Part shown: positions 45,196 through 54,703 of the stretch, one piece after another
Layout: every line of letters starts with the position of its first letter
Position numbering within the stretch: position 1 is the first letter of the stretch
Source of the DNA: an uncultured bacterium
GTDB taxonomy: Bacteria; Eisenbacteria; RBG-16-71-46; CAZAMP01
Assembly (NCBI GenBank): GCA_964486455.1
Contig: CAZAMP010000002.1
Location: 118,722 to 182,721, forward strand
Direction of reading: 5' to 3'
DNA length: 64,000 nt
The notes under the pieces: model-generated
Seen by the model: the letters and a program-made list of their open reading frames with translations, nothing else
Databases searched by the model: none
What the model was told of the DNA's origin: nothing
Made by a program: the position numbers and the translations under genes

Positions 45196-48100
45196 TTGTT
45201 GGGTCGGGCTATCCGTCTACTCGTCGCGAGTGCGGGCCTCATGGCCGCGGTCGCGATACCGCTGTTCCCCATCGAGGCGTTCGGATCAAGCGTCGACCCG
45301 GTGCATGCCCTCCGCTTTCGTGTGGAGGAACACCTTGCGGTCGGTGACAGCGCTGGCGCGCACGACGAAATCCTCCACGATCCGCCGCTCACGCGGCGTT
45401 TGATTCTCGATCTTCTCTTCGAGCGGTTTCGCGCGGGACAGCCGTCGGCGGATTCCATCCTCGAGGGCGCGGATACGCTCCTCACAGCACTGATCGACGT
45501 GGCCGGTGTTCCGGAGATGACCCGCCTCAAGGGCGAGATCGACCAATCCCTGAGTGGGGTGGGCGACTTTCCCGACAGCGCCAAGTCGTCCGATCGTCTC
45601 TTCCGTCTCTATCAGCGCGTGATTCGCGCGGAAGCCGGGCTCGACGTGCCGGAGGCCGTCGCAGCCTGTCGTTTGGCACTCGCCCTGGCGGACTCCCTGG
45701 ACCTTCCGCTTTCCGTCGCCGCTCTCGCCGCGGACTGCGGCTACCTTCTGCGCCACGCCGACGACGGCGACGAGCCTCTCGCGTTCATGGATCGCGCGAT
45801 CGAGGCGATGGCGACCCTGCGAGTCCCACGGTTTCACTCGACGATGCTGTTGCACCGGGCACCGGTGCTTCATCGCATGGGTCGCCCGGACGACGCCCGA
45901 AGCGACATCGCGCTCGCGCGACGAACTGCGGAAGGCGTCGACGATCCAAGCTTCGAGGCGGTGGTAACGAGGAACGCGGGCTTCTTCTACTGGGGACGTG
46001 ACGCGATGGACGACACCAGAGCCTGCGCCACGCGTCTTCGTGAGCTAGCCGATCTCACCGATGACTCCGTGATACGGCGTGCCTTCCTCGACATCGAATC
46101 GGCGGTCGCGATCGACATGGACGATATGCCGGCCGCCATCGCCGCGAACCGAGAGCTCGTGGAGACAGCTCCCACGGATCTGGGTTCGGCTATCGACCTC
46201 TTCGGCTTGGGAAACGTGCTCTACATGGCGGGCGAATTCGAGTCGGCGGTTGACACCCTACGCCTGTCTATCGCGATCCTGGATACGCTCGAGGACATCG
46301 AGGCCTACGAGAGCCGAGCCCGCGTCTTGGATCTCCTCGGCACGGTGTACGACGGAATGGGCATGCACCTGCCCGCCATCGAGTTCACGAGGCAATCTCT
46401 CGACGCCTACCGGCGCCTCGGCTGGGGGAGCGAGGTTCGGACGCAGGAGGGATATGTCGGGCGATTGATCAATCGTCATGCCATTGCCCTGAGTGATTCC
46501 GGACGCGCGGAAGAGGCGATCGCTCGATACCGCGAAGCGCTGGAATGGCTCGAGGACACCGATCATCTCCTTTTGCGGGCTGCCGTTTGGGGCAACCTCG
46601 CCCGTGAGTACGCATCTATCCCCGATCTCGCCGCGGCCGAGCAAGCCTACGAGGCGGCGCTGGCCATCGCCGAAGAACTCGACGACCCGGACGAGATCGA
46701 CGAAATCCTGAGCGGTCTTTCCGATGTTCGACACGGCCAAGGGAGCTACGCGGGGGCGGCCGAGGTCTATCGCCGTCGCGCCGTCGCGAGCGCGGAGGAA
46801 GGCAACTTCGAGGGCGCCACCCTGCTGTGGCTACACGCCGCGAGGAGTCTGAAGAATCACCTAGATCTTCCACGCGCGGGAGAGGCATACGAACGGGCGC
46901 TCGTCACGGCGCGAAAGATTCCGGACGATCTGGTACGGATGCACACGCTTGGAGTCGCCAGAAACTGGCGCGCGATGTACTACAGCGATCTGGATGAGCC
47001 ACTCCTGGAACTCGAAGACTACGACTGGGCGATCGGTGTGCTGGACTCACTCGATACGCGACTTGCCGAGCTCGAAGTGACATACCCGGATTCGGTGCCC
47101 GCCATTCCCCGGCGTGAGAATCTCGAGATGCTCATGAACGTCCGGTTCAACCGGACGCTCCTCATGCTGGGCTTCGGTGAAGAAGAGGCGCTGGCCGAAT
47201 TCGAAGAAATCCGCGACATCTATCGGTATCAACTCGGTCAGCCGCGCATCGCTGCACTGTCAGAGATCGGCATCGGGCAGATCCTTCAATCCGATTCTCC
47301 GTGGGCGACCGATGCGATTCACCGGCACTTTCAGGCGGCCGCGGCGATTCTCGACAGCATTCCGCCGGAGTATCGGGATGCCGAGTGGCATAAGTCGCGA
47401 GGGGATGTGCACGCTGAGATCGCCGATCAGCTCGACACGGACGTCGTCGTGCTGATCGACCAAGCGGGTGGCGTGATCACCGATGAGGTCATAGATCGCG
47501 CGCGTCAGGCACAAGACGCGTTCCGACTCGCGATCGAGAACTACACGATCGCGGACTACAGCATGGGATTGGTCGACGCCTACGCTATGTCCTGCCGACT
47601 GATCAACCGATTCGAACCGGATGTCATCGCGGCGTCGGTGGACAGCGTCATGTTCTCGGAGATCGCCGAGACGATCCGGTCGGCCCGGCGGATTCAGCAC
47701 GACCACGGACTCATTCGTCTGCTGGGTCATCGCGCGAGGTTCGCGGAGGTCCACGGCGACGAGGCGACGGCGGTCGCCGACACCCGGGAAGCGCTCGATG
47801 CCATCGACCGGCTCGTCCAGCGCTACGCGTCCGATCCTGAAGGTCGCCAGAATGTTCGCGGCCGCTTCGAATACTTCTACGAGGGCGCCGTCGAGACGTT
47901 TCTGCGATCGGAGCTCGTGACCGACGCGATGGAGGTCATCGATCGTTCGAAATCGCAACTGCTGGTCGAGCAGATTCAGTCGACGGGGGTGATGTTCGAT
48001 TCTCCCGAGAAGCAAGCCGCGTTCGAAACGTTGCAGAAGCTTCTCAGGCAGAAGTTCGAGTCCGAGGAGGCCGCGACACGCGAGGGCGCGAAGCCCAAGG

Positions 48101-49383
48101 CTGAGCAGGATCCACGTCAGCTGGCTCGGCTTCGGGCGGAGCGGGCGCGAGCCCGCGAGGAATACAGCGCCTACGTGCAGGCGCTACTCCGTTCGCATCC
48201 CGAGATCTTGCAGTACCTGAGCATTCAGCCCGCGAATCTCCAGGGGCTTGAAGATCGCCTTCCGGACACCATGGCCGTGCTCGAGTACCTTCTACTCGAC
48301 GATGAGCTCGTTATTTTCGTGGCACTCCCGGGAGTGACGCCGACCTTCCGAAAGGTCCCCATCGCCCGGACCGATCTCACCGCCCGCATCACGCGCTTCC
48401 GAGAGCTCCTGACCGCGGCGGTGGTGGCGAAGCGGTATCGCCGGCTGGAATGGACGACGCCTGCTAGTGTTGAGGCGGCCGGAGAGAGCATCGCGGAGCT
48501 CGTGAGCCTTGGCTCAGATCTTCGCTCGATTCTCATCGACCCCATCGAGGACCTCATCAGCGGGACGGAGATGCTGGGTATCAGCCCAAGCCGAACGCTT
48601 CACTACCTTCCGTTCGAAGCGCTCGTCAGGTCGGATAATGGCGCCGCACGGTTTCTACTCGAGGACTACGGTGTCTTCTACTTCACCCTGGCCAACCTAC
48701 TGGATGTGTTCGGATCGTTCGAGTCGGTCGAGCGCAGCGAGCTGAGCATGCTGGCCCTCGCGCCCACGAATGCGGATCTGCCGTACGCGACCGATGAGGC
48801 TCAGCAGGTCGGGGGGCTCTTCGGCTCGCGGGCGATGCTCTTGGTGGGCGACGAGGCCACGGAGGATGCGGCCTTAACGCACAGCGGCGGACGCGACATC
48901 CTGCACTTCGCTACACATGGCTGGCTTCGCGAAGACGATCCCGATAGCTCGAGTCTCTCCATGGCGCGGCCGGACAGCGTGGGGGAGGGTGCCGGGGGCG
49001 CGGACCCGTTCGATCCCACCGACGGTCGCCTGACACTTCCGGAGATCCGCGGGCTCGACCTGGAAGACGGCCAACTCGTGACCCTGTCGGCGTGTGAGAC
49101 GGCCCTCGGCCCTCAGGCGAACGGGGGGGAGATCATGGGCCTGGCGCAGGCCTTCATCCGCTTCGGCGGGGGCGTCCCGTCGGTCATTGCCTCCCTCTGG
49201 CGGGTAAATGACGAGGGCGCGGCCGAGCTCATGATCCGCTTCTACGAGAGGCTCCTCGACGCGTCGAATCCGGTGGGTCGACTGACCGCTCTCCGCGACG
49301 CCAAGCTGTCGCTTCTCTCCGATCCGTACTTCGCTCATCCGTACTTCTGGGCCCCGTTCATTCTCATCGGAGATTGCCGCTGA
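45196..49383 (+). CDS. TPR-repeat protein with C-terminal CHAT (caspase-like) domain
   Basis: 1395 aa. Long TPR-like helical repeats (AxxxYxxAL patterns). The C-terminal CHAT blocks include ILHFATHGW, LVTLSACETALG, GLAQAFIRFGG..SVIASLWRVND and AELMIRFYE. TTG start lies 3 nt after the CBM48 gene stop; the first ATG is at 45241. Confidence 0.85.
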   Translation: MLGRAIRLLVASAGLMAAVAIPLFPIEAFGSSVDPVHALRFRVEEHLAVGDSAGAHDEILHDPPLTRRLILDLLFERFRAGQPSADSILEGADTLLTALIDVAGVPEMTRLKGEIDQSLSGVGDFPDSAKSSDRLFRLYQRVIRAEAGLDVPEAVAACRLALALADSLDLPLSVAALAADCGYLLRHADDGDEPLAFMDRAIEAMATLRVPRFHSTMLLHRAPVLHRMGRPDDARSDIALARRTAEGVDDPSFEAVVTRNAGFFYWGRDAMDDTRACATRLRELADLTDDSVIRRAFLDIESAVAIDMDDMPAAIAANRELVETAPTDLGSAIDLFGLGNVLYMAGEFESAVDTLRLSIAILDTLEDIEAYESRARVLDLLGTVYDGMGMHLPAIEFTRQSLDAYRRLGWGSEVRTQEGYVGRLINRHAIALSDSGRAEEAIARYREALEWLEDTDHLLLRAAVWGNLAREYASIPDLAAAEQAYEAALAIAEELDDPDEIDEILSGLSDVRHGQGSYAGAAEVYRRRAVASAEEGNFEGATLLWLHAARSLKNHLDLPRAGEAYERALVTARKIPDDLVRMHTLGVARNWRAMYYSDLDEPLLELEDYDWAIGVLDSLDTRLAELEVTYPDSVPAIPRRENLEMLMNVRFNRTLLMLGFGEEEALAEFEEIRDIYRYQLGQPRIAALSEIGIGQILQSDSPWATDAIHRHFQAAAAILDSIPPEYRDAEWHKSRGDVHAEIADQLDTDVVVLIDQAGGVITDEVIDRARQAQDAFRLAIENYTIADYSMGLVDAYAMSCRLINRFEPDVIAASVDSVMFSEIAETIRSARRIQHDHGLIRLLGHRARFAEVHGDEATAVADTREALDAIDRLVQRYASDPEGRQNVRGRFEYFYEGAVETFLRSELVTDAMEVIDRSKSQLLVEQIQSTGVMFDSPEKQAAFETLQKLLRQKFESEEAATREGAKPKAEQDPRQLARLRAERARAREEYSAYVQALLRSHPEILQYLSIQPANLQGLEDRLPDTMAVLEYLLLDDELVIFVALPGVTPTFRKVPIARTDLTARITRFRELLTAAVVAKRYRRLEWTTPASVEAAGESIAELVSLGSDLRSILIDPIEDLISGTEMLGISPSRTLHYLPFEALVRSDNGAARFLLEDYGVFYFTLANLLDVFGSFESVERSELSMLALAPTNADLPYATDEAQQVGGLFGSRAMLLVGDEATEDAALTHSGGRDILHFATHGWLREDDPDSSSLSMARPDSVGEGAGGADPFDPTDGRLTLPEIRGLDLEDGQLVTLSACETALGPQANGGEIMGLAQAFIRFGGGVPSVIASLWRVNDEGAAELMIRFYERLLDASNPVGRLTALRDAKLSLLSDPYFAHPYFWAPFILIGDCR

Positions 49384-49447
49384 GGAGGGCTTTGGGGGCC
49401 AAGATCGGCCTTGATGCTGCCAGACCCCTGTTCCATAGTGCCTCCCG

Positions 49448-50143
49448 ATGAGTACCATTCGCGACAACATCGCCCGCGTCCGGGATCGGATCACCGCCGC
49501 AGTGCTCAGGGCAGGACGGGATCCCTCGGAGATACACCTGGTGGCCGTCTCCAAAGGATTCCCGCTCGAGTCGATCGATGAAGCGCTCGCGGCCGGAGTC
49601 ACTATCCTGGGCGAGAACAAGGTCCAGGAGGCGCGCAACAAGTATCCGCATCTCGCCGGCCGTGCCGAACTTCACATGGTGGGGCACCTTCAAACGAACA
49701 AGGCCGGCCGGGCGATCGAGATGTTCGACATGATCCAATCGGTGGATTCGGATCGGATTGCGCGCGCGCTGGATGGTCGCGCGGCCGCCGCGGGCAAATC
49801 TCAGCGCGTACTGATCGAGGTGAACACATCGGGAGAGGAGTCGAAGTTCGGCGTCGGGCCGGAAAACCTTGATTCCCTCATTGAAACGCTGGCGCAATGC
49901 CCGCATCTTCGTGTAGAAGGACTCATGACGATCGGCCCGCTCGGGGGTGGGGAGGCGGGCGCACGCGCCTCGTTCGCGTTGCTGCGCTCATTCCTGCCGC
50001 GTCTTAGCGCAGGCGGGCTGGCGGAGCCGGACATCCCTCAGCTCAGCATGGGGATGACCGGCGATTTCGAAGCCGCCATTGAAGAGGGCGCGACCCTGGT
50101 TCGTGTCGGAACCGCCATATTCGGATCACGCCGGACGGGTTGA
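49448..50143 (+). CDS. yggS: YggS-family pyridoxal-phosphate homeostasis protein
   Basis: LVAVSKGFP, GENKVQEA..K, HMVGHLQTNK, QSVDS, LIEVNTSGE.SK.G, GLMTIGP, LSMGMTGDFE.AIEEGAT.VRVGTAIFG. Confidence 0.9.
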   Translation: MSTIRDNIARVRDRITAAVLRAGRDPSEIHLVAVSKGFPLESIDEALAAGVTILGENKVQEARNKYPHLAGRAELHMVGHLQTNKAGRAIEMFDMIQSVDSDRIARALDGRAAAAGKSQRVLIEVNTSGEESKFGVGPENLDSLIETLAQCPHLRVEGLMTIGPLGGGEAGARASFALLRSFLPRLSAGGLAEPDIPQLSMGMTGDFEAAIEEGATLVRVGTAIFGSRRTG

Positions 50144-50175
50144 CCCCGGGCCGGCGTACCGAGAGGAGATGAGAC

Positions 50176-50826
50176 GTGAGACTCACCCCCCTGGAAATCC
50201 GGAAGCAGACGTTTCCGCGCCGGCGGTTCGGCGGAGTCGATGCCGAAGAGGTGCAGGACTTCCTCAATCTCGCTGCGTCGGAGCTCGAAGAGCTCGTGAG
50301 GTCGAACGCGCTCCTCAAGGAGCGGCTCGAGGGCGCGAACCAGCAGATCACCGAGTTTAAGACCATGGAAGAAACGCTTCGCCGGACGCTCATTCGCGCG
50401 GAAGAGATGAGCGCGGAGAGCCAGGACAACGCTCGGCGTGAGTGCGAGCTCATCATCAAGCAGGGGGAGCTTCGCGCCGAACGCATCCTGGAGGACGCGC
50501 GGGCACGCCTGCGCGTGTTGAAAGAGGAAATCGACGAGCTGCAGAAGAAGAAAGAGGTCTACCTTCAGCGATTCCGATCACTCATCGACATGCAGATGGA
50601 GCTCCTCGAACATCATCGTGACGATTTCGACGAGATCTCGCTCGTGGCGGATGCGGCCCAGAAAGCGGAAGAGCGACACGCCCGCCCGGTGACCGTGCCG
50701 GATGACGATGGGTTTCTCCGAAGCCGACAGGCCGATGGCGAATCCAACGGTGGGCACGACAGAAGCGGGCCGCTGGCCCCATCAGACGAGAGCTTCCTCG
50801 AATTCGGCGCTGACGACGACGTTTGA
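50176..50826 (+). CDS. DivIVA domain-containing protein
   Basis: LTPLEIRKQTFPRRRFGGVDAEEVQDFLNLAASELEEL, followed by a coiled coil. GTG start. Confidence 0.85.
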   Translation: MRLTPLEIRKQTFPRRRFGGVDAEEVQDFLNLAASELEELVRSNALLKERLEGANQQITEFKTMEETLRRTLIRAEEMSAESQDNARRECELIIKQGELRAERILEDARARLRVLKEEIDELQKKKEVYLQRFRSLIDMQMELLEHHRDDFDEISLVADAAQKAEERHARPVTVPDDDGFLRSRQADGESNGGHDRSGPLAPSDESFLEFGADDDV

Positions 50827-50828
50827 CG

Positions 50829-51116
50829 ATGCCTTCACGGCGGCGCGGAACGACAATCGAGATCCGTGTCCAGCCTCGGGCGCCTCGCGACGAAGTCGTG
50901 CGCTGGTTGGATGACGAGACACTCAAGGTCCGGATAACGGCGCCACCCGTGGAGGGCAAAGCAAACGCGCGGCTGACGCGGTTTCTCGCGCGGTCGTTGG
51001 GCGTGCCCGATGATGATGTGCGGATCGTTCGGGGCGGCAAAACAACCCGCAAGATGGTTTTCATCGCGAACCTGTCTCCGTCGGAGGTGCGGGCGCGGAT
51101 CAGCGTGAAAGAGTAG
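50829..51116 (+). CDS. DUF167/YggU-family protein
   Basis: IEIRVQPRAPRDEV.......LKVRITAPPVEGKAN..L..FLA..LGV....V.IV.G..T.RK. TTG 50823 is an alternative start. Confidence 0.8.
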   Translation: MPSRRRGTTIEIRVQPRAPRDEVVRWLDDETLKVRITAPPVEGKANARLTRFLARSLGVPDDDVRIVRGGKTTRKMVFIANLSPSEVRARISVKE

Positions 51117-51124
51117 GAGTCGAG

Positions 51125-51949
51125 ATGCCAGAGCTTCGCCAGCGAATAGATGAAGCCGTAACGGCCATTCGAAAGGTCGTGGATGTAGACCCGGACGTCG
51201 GGATCATTCTCGGAACGGGTCTGGGGGACCTTTCGGACGTGATCGAGGCTCCGCACGCTATCCCGTACACTGAGATCCCGCACTTTCCGCACACGAGCGT
51301 CGAGTTCCACGCGGGCGAGCTGGTATTCGGCAAGCTCTCCGGGCGCAACGTGGTCGTCATGAACGGCCGCGTGCACTTCTACGAGGGCTACTCGATGCGC
51401 GAGGTGACCTTTCCCGTTCGCGTCATGCGGGCTCTCGGTGCCGAGACGCTGATCATCAACAGCGCGGTCGGCTCGATGAACCCTCTCTTCGATCTCGGTC
51501 GGATCGTCATCGTGGACGATCACATCAACCTGATGGGCGACAATCCACTCATCGGACCGAATGACGATGAGCTGGGGCCCCGATTTCCGGATATGTCCGA
51601 TGCGTACTCGGCGGAGCTGGTCAAGCTGGCCGAGGAAATCGCGCTCGAGGAGGGGATCGCGGCCCATCGCGGCGTTCTCGTCTCCGTCGCGGGCCCGAAT
51701 CTCGAGACGGCAGCGGAGTATCGTTTTCTGAGGGGGATTGGAGCCGATATCGTCGGTATGTCGCTCGTCCCGGAGTGTATCGTGGCCAATCACGCCGGCA
51801 TGCGCGTCCTCGGTTTCGCAGTCATCACCGATCGTTGTTTGCCGGATGCCCTGGAGCCGGTCGAGATCAAGAGGATCCTCGCCGTAGCGGCCGACGCGGC
51901 CCCGAGACTCACGCGACTCGTCACGACCGTGGTTGCGAGAATGTCATGA
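51125..51949 (+). CDS. purine nucleoside phosphorylase (trimeric PNP family)
   Basis: ILGTGLG, IPHFP.TSV.FHAGELVFG, GR.HFYEGYSM.EVTFPVRVM..LG...LI..NSAVG.MN, GP.FETAAE-like LETAAEYRFLR, GADIVGMS.VPE. Confidence 0.9.
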   Translation: MPELRQRIDEAVTAIRKVVDVDPDVGIILGTGLGDLSDVIEAPHAIPYTEIPHFPHTSVEFHAGELVFGKLSGRNVVVMNGRVHFYEGYSMREVTFPVRVMRALGAETLIINSAVGSMNPLFDLGRIVIVDDHINLMGDNPLIGPNDDELGPRFPDMSDAYSAELVKLAEEIALEEGIAAHRGVLVSVAGPNLETAAEYRFLRGIGADIVGMSLVPECIVANHAGMRVLGFAVITDRCLPDALEPVEIKRILAVAADAAPRLTRLVTTVVARMS

Positions 51950-52542
51950 CGATCGAGCCGAGCACCGACGCGCGTGCCCATCGCCGCCCGCTGGGTTTGT
52001 TCGCCCTCTGCGCGGCGATCATCCTGGTCGGTGACGTCGTGACGAAGGCGATCGTCCTCGCGGAGCTGCCGCTGGGCGGTCGCGGCCTGCTCATCCTCGG
52101 CGAATTCCTGCGCTTTCGTCACATCCAGAACTCGGGCGGCCTCTTCGGGTTCTTTCCGGGAAACGCATCCTACTTCGCCATCGTATCGGTGATTGCGGCC
52201 GTGGCGATTCTCTGGGTGCTCATTCGGTCCGACCGACGCTCCACGATGCAGCAGATCTCGCTGGGGATGGTGTTCGGTGGCGCGCTCGGCAACCTCTACG
52301 ATCGTGTCCGCCTGGGTGCGGTCGTCGATTTCATCGACGTGGGTATCGGCCCGGATCGCTTCCCGACGTTCAACGTCGCCGATATGGGCGTGAGTGTCGG
52401 GGTATCGCTCCTTATACTGTGGCTGTTCATCACGGATAGGCGAGGCGATCACGAGTCGGCGGGGGAGTCCGATGCCGGAACGGCTACCGAATCAGAGCCC
52501 GAGCGAATCTCCGAAGCGGGAGCGTCGGATCGTACCGACTGA
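51946..52542 (+). CDS. lspA: signal peptidase II (lipoprotein signal peptidase)
   Basis: D..TK, F.F.HI.NSGG.FG, GGALGNLYDR...G.VVDFID, FPTFNVADM. ATG 51946 overlaps the PNP stop (ATGA). Confidence 0.9.
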   Translation: MTIEPSTDARAHRRPLGLFALCAAIILVGDVVTKAIVLAELPLGGRGLLILGEFLRFRHIQNSGGLFGFFPGNASYFAIVSVIAAVAILWVLIRSDRRSTMQQISLGMVFGGALGNLYDRVRLGAVVDFIDVGIGPDRFPTFNVADMGVSVGVSLLILWLFITDRRGDHESAGESDAGTATESEPERISEAGASDRTD

Positions 52543-53467
52543 GGCCGAAGGGTGCCGTCTGGACCGGTATCTGTCGGACGGAATGAGCCTCTCCCGTTCT
52601 CAACTTCAGCGTCTCATTCGTGACGGCCACGTTCTCGTCGACGGTGTCCGCCGCAAGGCGGGCTTCGCTCTCCAGACCGGCGCCGTGATCGACATCGTCA
52701 TACCGCCACCGGCGCCGACGCACATCACCCCCGAAGATCTGCCGCTTGATATCCTCTTTGAAGATTCGGATGTCGTCGTCCTCAACAAGCCCGCCGGCCT
52801 CGTCGTTCATCCGGGCGCCGGGAATCCGGAGCACACGCTCGTCAATGCGCTCGTGCACCACTGCCCGGATATGGAGGGCGTCGGAGGTGTGCGCCGGCCG
52901 GGGCTGGTGCAACGACTCGACAAGCAGACGTCGGGCGTGATGGTCGTCGCAAAGACGGAATCCGCATACGCGACGTTGGTCGATGCGATGCAAACCCGCG
53001 AGATCCGCCGCCGATACTTGGCGCTGGTCTGGGGCGAGCTTCCCGAGTCGGGACGAATCGATGAACCGATCGGCCGCGACCCCGTCCGCCGACAGCGGAT
53101 GGCGGTTCGTGAAGCGGGTGGGCGACCCGCGGTCACGGACTTTCGAACGCTCGCTCGGTTTGACTTCCTGTCATACGTTGAACTAACATTGCTGACCGGT
53201 CGAACGCATCAGATTCGTGTGCACCTGTCGCATCAGGACCATCCCGTGTTCGGCGATCCCACGTACGGAGGCCGTTCCCGGCAGCTGCGGCGCCTTCCGG
53301 CGGCGGAGAGACGGGACGCGAAGGAGCTTCTCGACCGGATGGGGCGCCAGGCGCTTCACGCTTGGCGGTTGGAGTTCAAGCATCCCTCCGATGGGCGGAT
53401 GATGCGGCTCGAGGCGCCCGTACCCCCTGATTTCGCCGGTATCGTCAAAAGCCTGGAAGGCCGGTGA
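52472..53467 (+). CDS. rluD: RluA/RluD-family 23S rRNA pseudouridine synthase
   Basis: S4-like RLDRYLSD..SLSRSQLQRLI..G.VLVDG. Catalytic blocks VVLNKPAGLVVHPG, GLVQRLDK.TSG, TGRTHQIRVHL. ATG 52472 would overlap the lspA 3' end by 71 nt, so the true start is uncertain. Confidence 0.85.
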   Translation: MPERLPNQSPSESPKRERRIVPTEAEGCRLDRYLSDGMSLSRSQLQRLIRDGHVLVDGVRRKAGFALQTGAVIDIVIPPPAPTHITPEDLPLDILFEDSDVVVLNKPAGLVVHPGAGNPEHTLVNALVHHCPDMEGVGGVRRPGLVQRLDKQTSGVMVVAKTESAYATLVDAMQTREIRRRYLALVWGELPESGRIDEPIGRDPVRRQRMAVREAGGRPAVTDFRTLARFDFLSYVELTLLTGRTHQIRVHLSHQDHPVFGDPTYGGRSRQLRRLPAAERRDAKELLDRMGRQALHAWRLEFKHPSDGRMMRLEAPVPPDFAGIVKSLEGR

Positions 53468-53496
53468 CGGCCCAATAAGTCGCCAGGGAGGCGCAC

Positions 53497-53838
53497 ATGA
53501 AGGTTGAGCGGGAGGAAAAAGAAGGCATCGTCGTACTGCGGCTAGAGGGCAAGCTGATGGGTGGCCCCGATGCGGACGTCATCCATGCCGCCGTGAAGGA
53601 CGCGATCAGTGAAGGGAAGCGGCACGTGCTCGTCGATCTGGGCGAGGTGTCGTGGGTCAACTCAACCGGTCTTGGGATTCTCATCACGAACTACTCCACA
53701 CTCAAGAAGAGTGAGGGGAGCCTCAAGCTGGTAAACGTCAACAAGCGGATCGAGAGCATCTTGATGGTCACCAAGCTCAATACCGTGTTTGAGACGTTTC
53801 CGAGCGAGTCCGACGCGCTGGCCAGCTTCACGGATTGA
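53497..53838 (+). CDS. STAS-domain anti-sigma-factor antagonist (SpoIIAA/RsbV-like)
   Basis: VVLRLEGKL.......I..AV.......K.VLVDLGEVSWVNSTGLGILI......K..GSLKLVNVN.RI..IL.VTKL..VF..F. Confidence 0.9.
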   Translation: MKVEREEKEGIVVLRLEGKLMGGPDADVIHAAVKDAISEGKRHVLVDLGEVSWVNSTGLGILITNYSTLKKSEGSLKLVNVNKRIESILMVTKLNTVFETFPSESDALASFTD

Positions 53839-53847
53839 GGTGACTCA

Positions 53848-54288
53848 ATGACATCAAACTCTCGCCCGCAGGAGATTCGCCTCACGATACCGAGTCGGCT
53901 CGACTACCTCGGTATCATCAACCAGGCGATAGGCGAGCTTGGAGAGTGCTTCAGTCTCGAAGAAGAAATCGTGGATGCGCTGGCCATCGCGGTCATCGAG
54001 GCGGGAACCAACGCGATCCAGCACGGCTCGACCGGTGAAGGCGATGCGCAGATCGATTTCCGATTCGAGGTCGCGGGTGACGCGATCCACGTCAAAGTGC
54101 AGGATGACGGTCCCGGTTTCAATCTGGTCAAGATCGTCGAGGCCAGCGAGCCTGACAATCTGCTTCGCTCCCGCGGGCGCGGCATCTTTCTCATGCGGAC
54201 GTTCATGGACAAGGTGGACTTCGTCTTTCCCCCCGGCGGGGGAACCACGGTTCAACTTCTCAAGCGCCGCCGGTCCGACGACTCCTGA
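53848..54288 (+). CDS. anti-sigma regulatory factor, HATPase-type Ser/Thr kinase (RsbW/SpoIIAB-like)
   Basis: AVIEAGTNAIQHG (N-box), VQDDGPGF (G1), RGRGIFLMRTFMD (G2). It starts 9 nt after the STAS gene. Confidence 0.85.
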   Translation: MTSNSRPQEIRLTIPSRLDYLGIINQAIGELGECFSLEEEIVDALAIAVIEAGTNAIQHGSTGEGDAQIDFRFEVAGDAIHVKVQDDGPGFNLVKIVEASEPDNLLRSRGRGIFLMRTFMDKVDFVFPPGGGTTVQLLKRRRSDDS

Positions 54289-54298
54289 GGGCGCTCGC

Positions 54299-54703
54299 TT
54301 GCGAATCCTCGCCATCGATCCCGGTGCGCGCCGAATCGGCCTGGCCACGGCCGATCGCGACAGCGGGATCGCCACCCCATGGAAGACCCTTCAGGTCAGA
54401 GGACGTGACGACGCGCTGAAACGGCTCACGGACCTCATACTGGCCGGGGATTTCGATTTATTGCTGGTTGGACTGCCCCTCGGTGCCGATGGAGAAGAGC
54501 GGAGCGCGGCGGCCCGCGCGAGGCGATTCGCCAACGAGCTGACGCGCCGAACCGGGGTCCGGGTGGTGCTTCGTGACGAGTACGCATCCACGCACGAGGC
54601 TCAGGAGCGACTGGCAGACGTGGGAAGTCGCCGGTCGGTCGACGAAGCGGCCGCCGCGGTCATACTTCAGGAATACCTCGACGCGGAGCACTCCGACTCG
54701 TGA
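54299..54703 (+). CDS. ruvX: Holliday-junction resolvase-like nuclease RuvX (YqgF)
   Basis: ILAIDPGARRIGLA..D......P..T............L...I......LLVGLP....G.E...A......FA..L......V...DE..ST..A. TTG 54299 is proposed as the start; the track ORF from 53939 overlaps the preceding kinase gene. Confidence 0.8.
   Translation: MRILAIDPGARRIGLATADRDSGIATPWKTLQVRGRDDALKRLTDLILAGDFDLLLVGLPLGADGEERSAAARARRFANELTRRTGVRVVLRDEYASTHEAQERLADVGSRRSVDEAAAAVILQEYLDAEHSDS

Noticed and set aside
52472-52542. 71-nt overlap between lspA and rluD as a possible programmed overlap
   Set aside because: It is more likely a start-codon assignment issue for rluD, since in-frame alternative starts cannot be excluded. It is noted in the feature evidence instead.
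53939-54298. 5' extension of the ruvX ORF (254-aa track ORF) overlapping the RsbW-like kinase gene
   Set aside because: Only the part from TTG 54299 (MRILAIDPGARRIGLA...) matches YqgF/RuvX. The upstream part is an Arg/Ser-rich out-of-frame read-through of the kinase gene.
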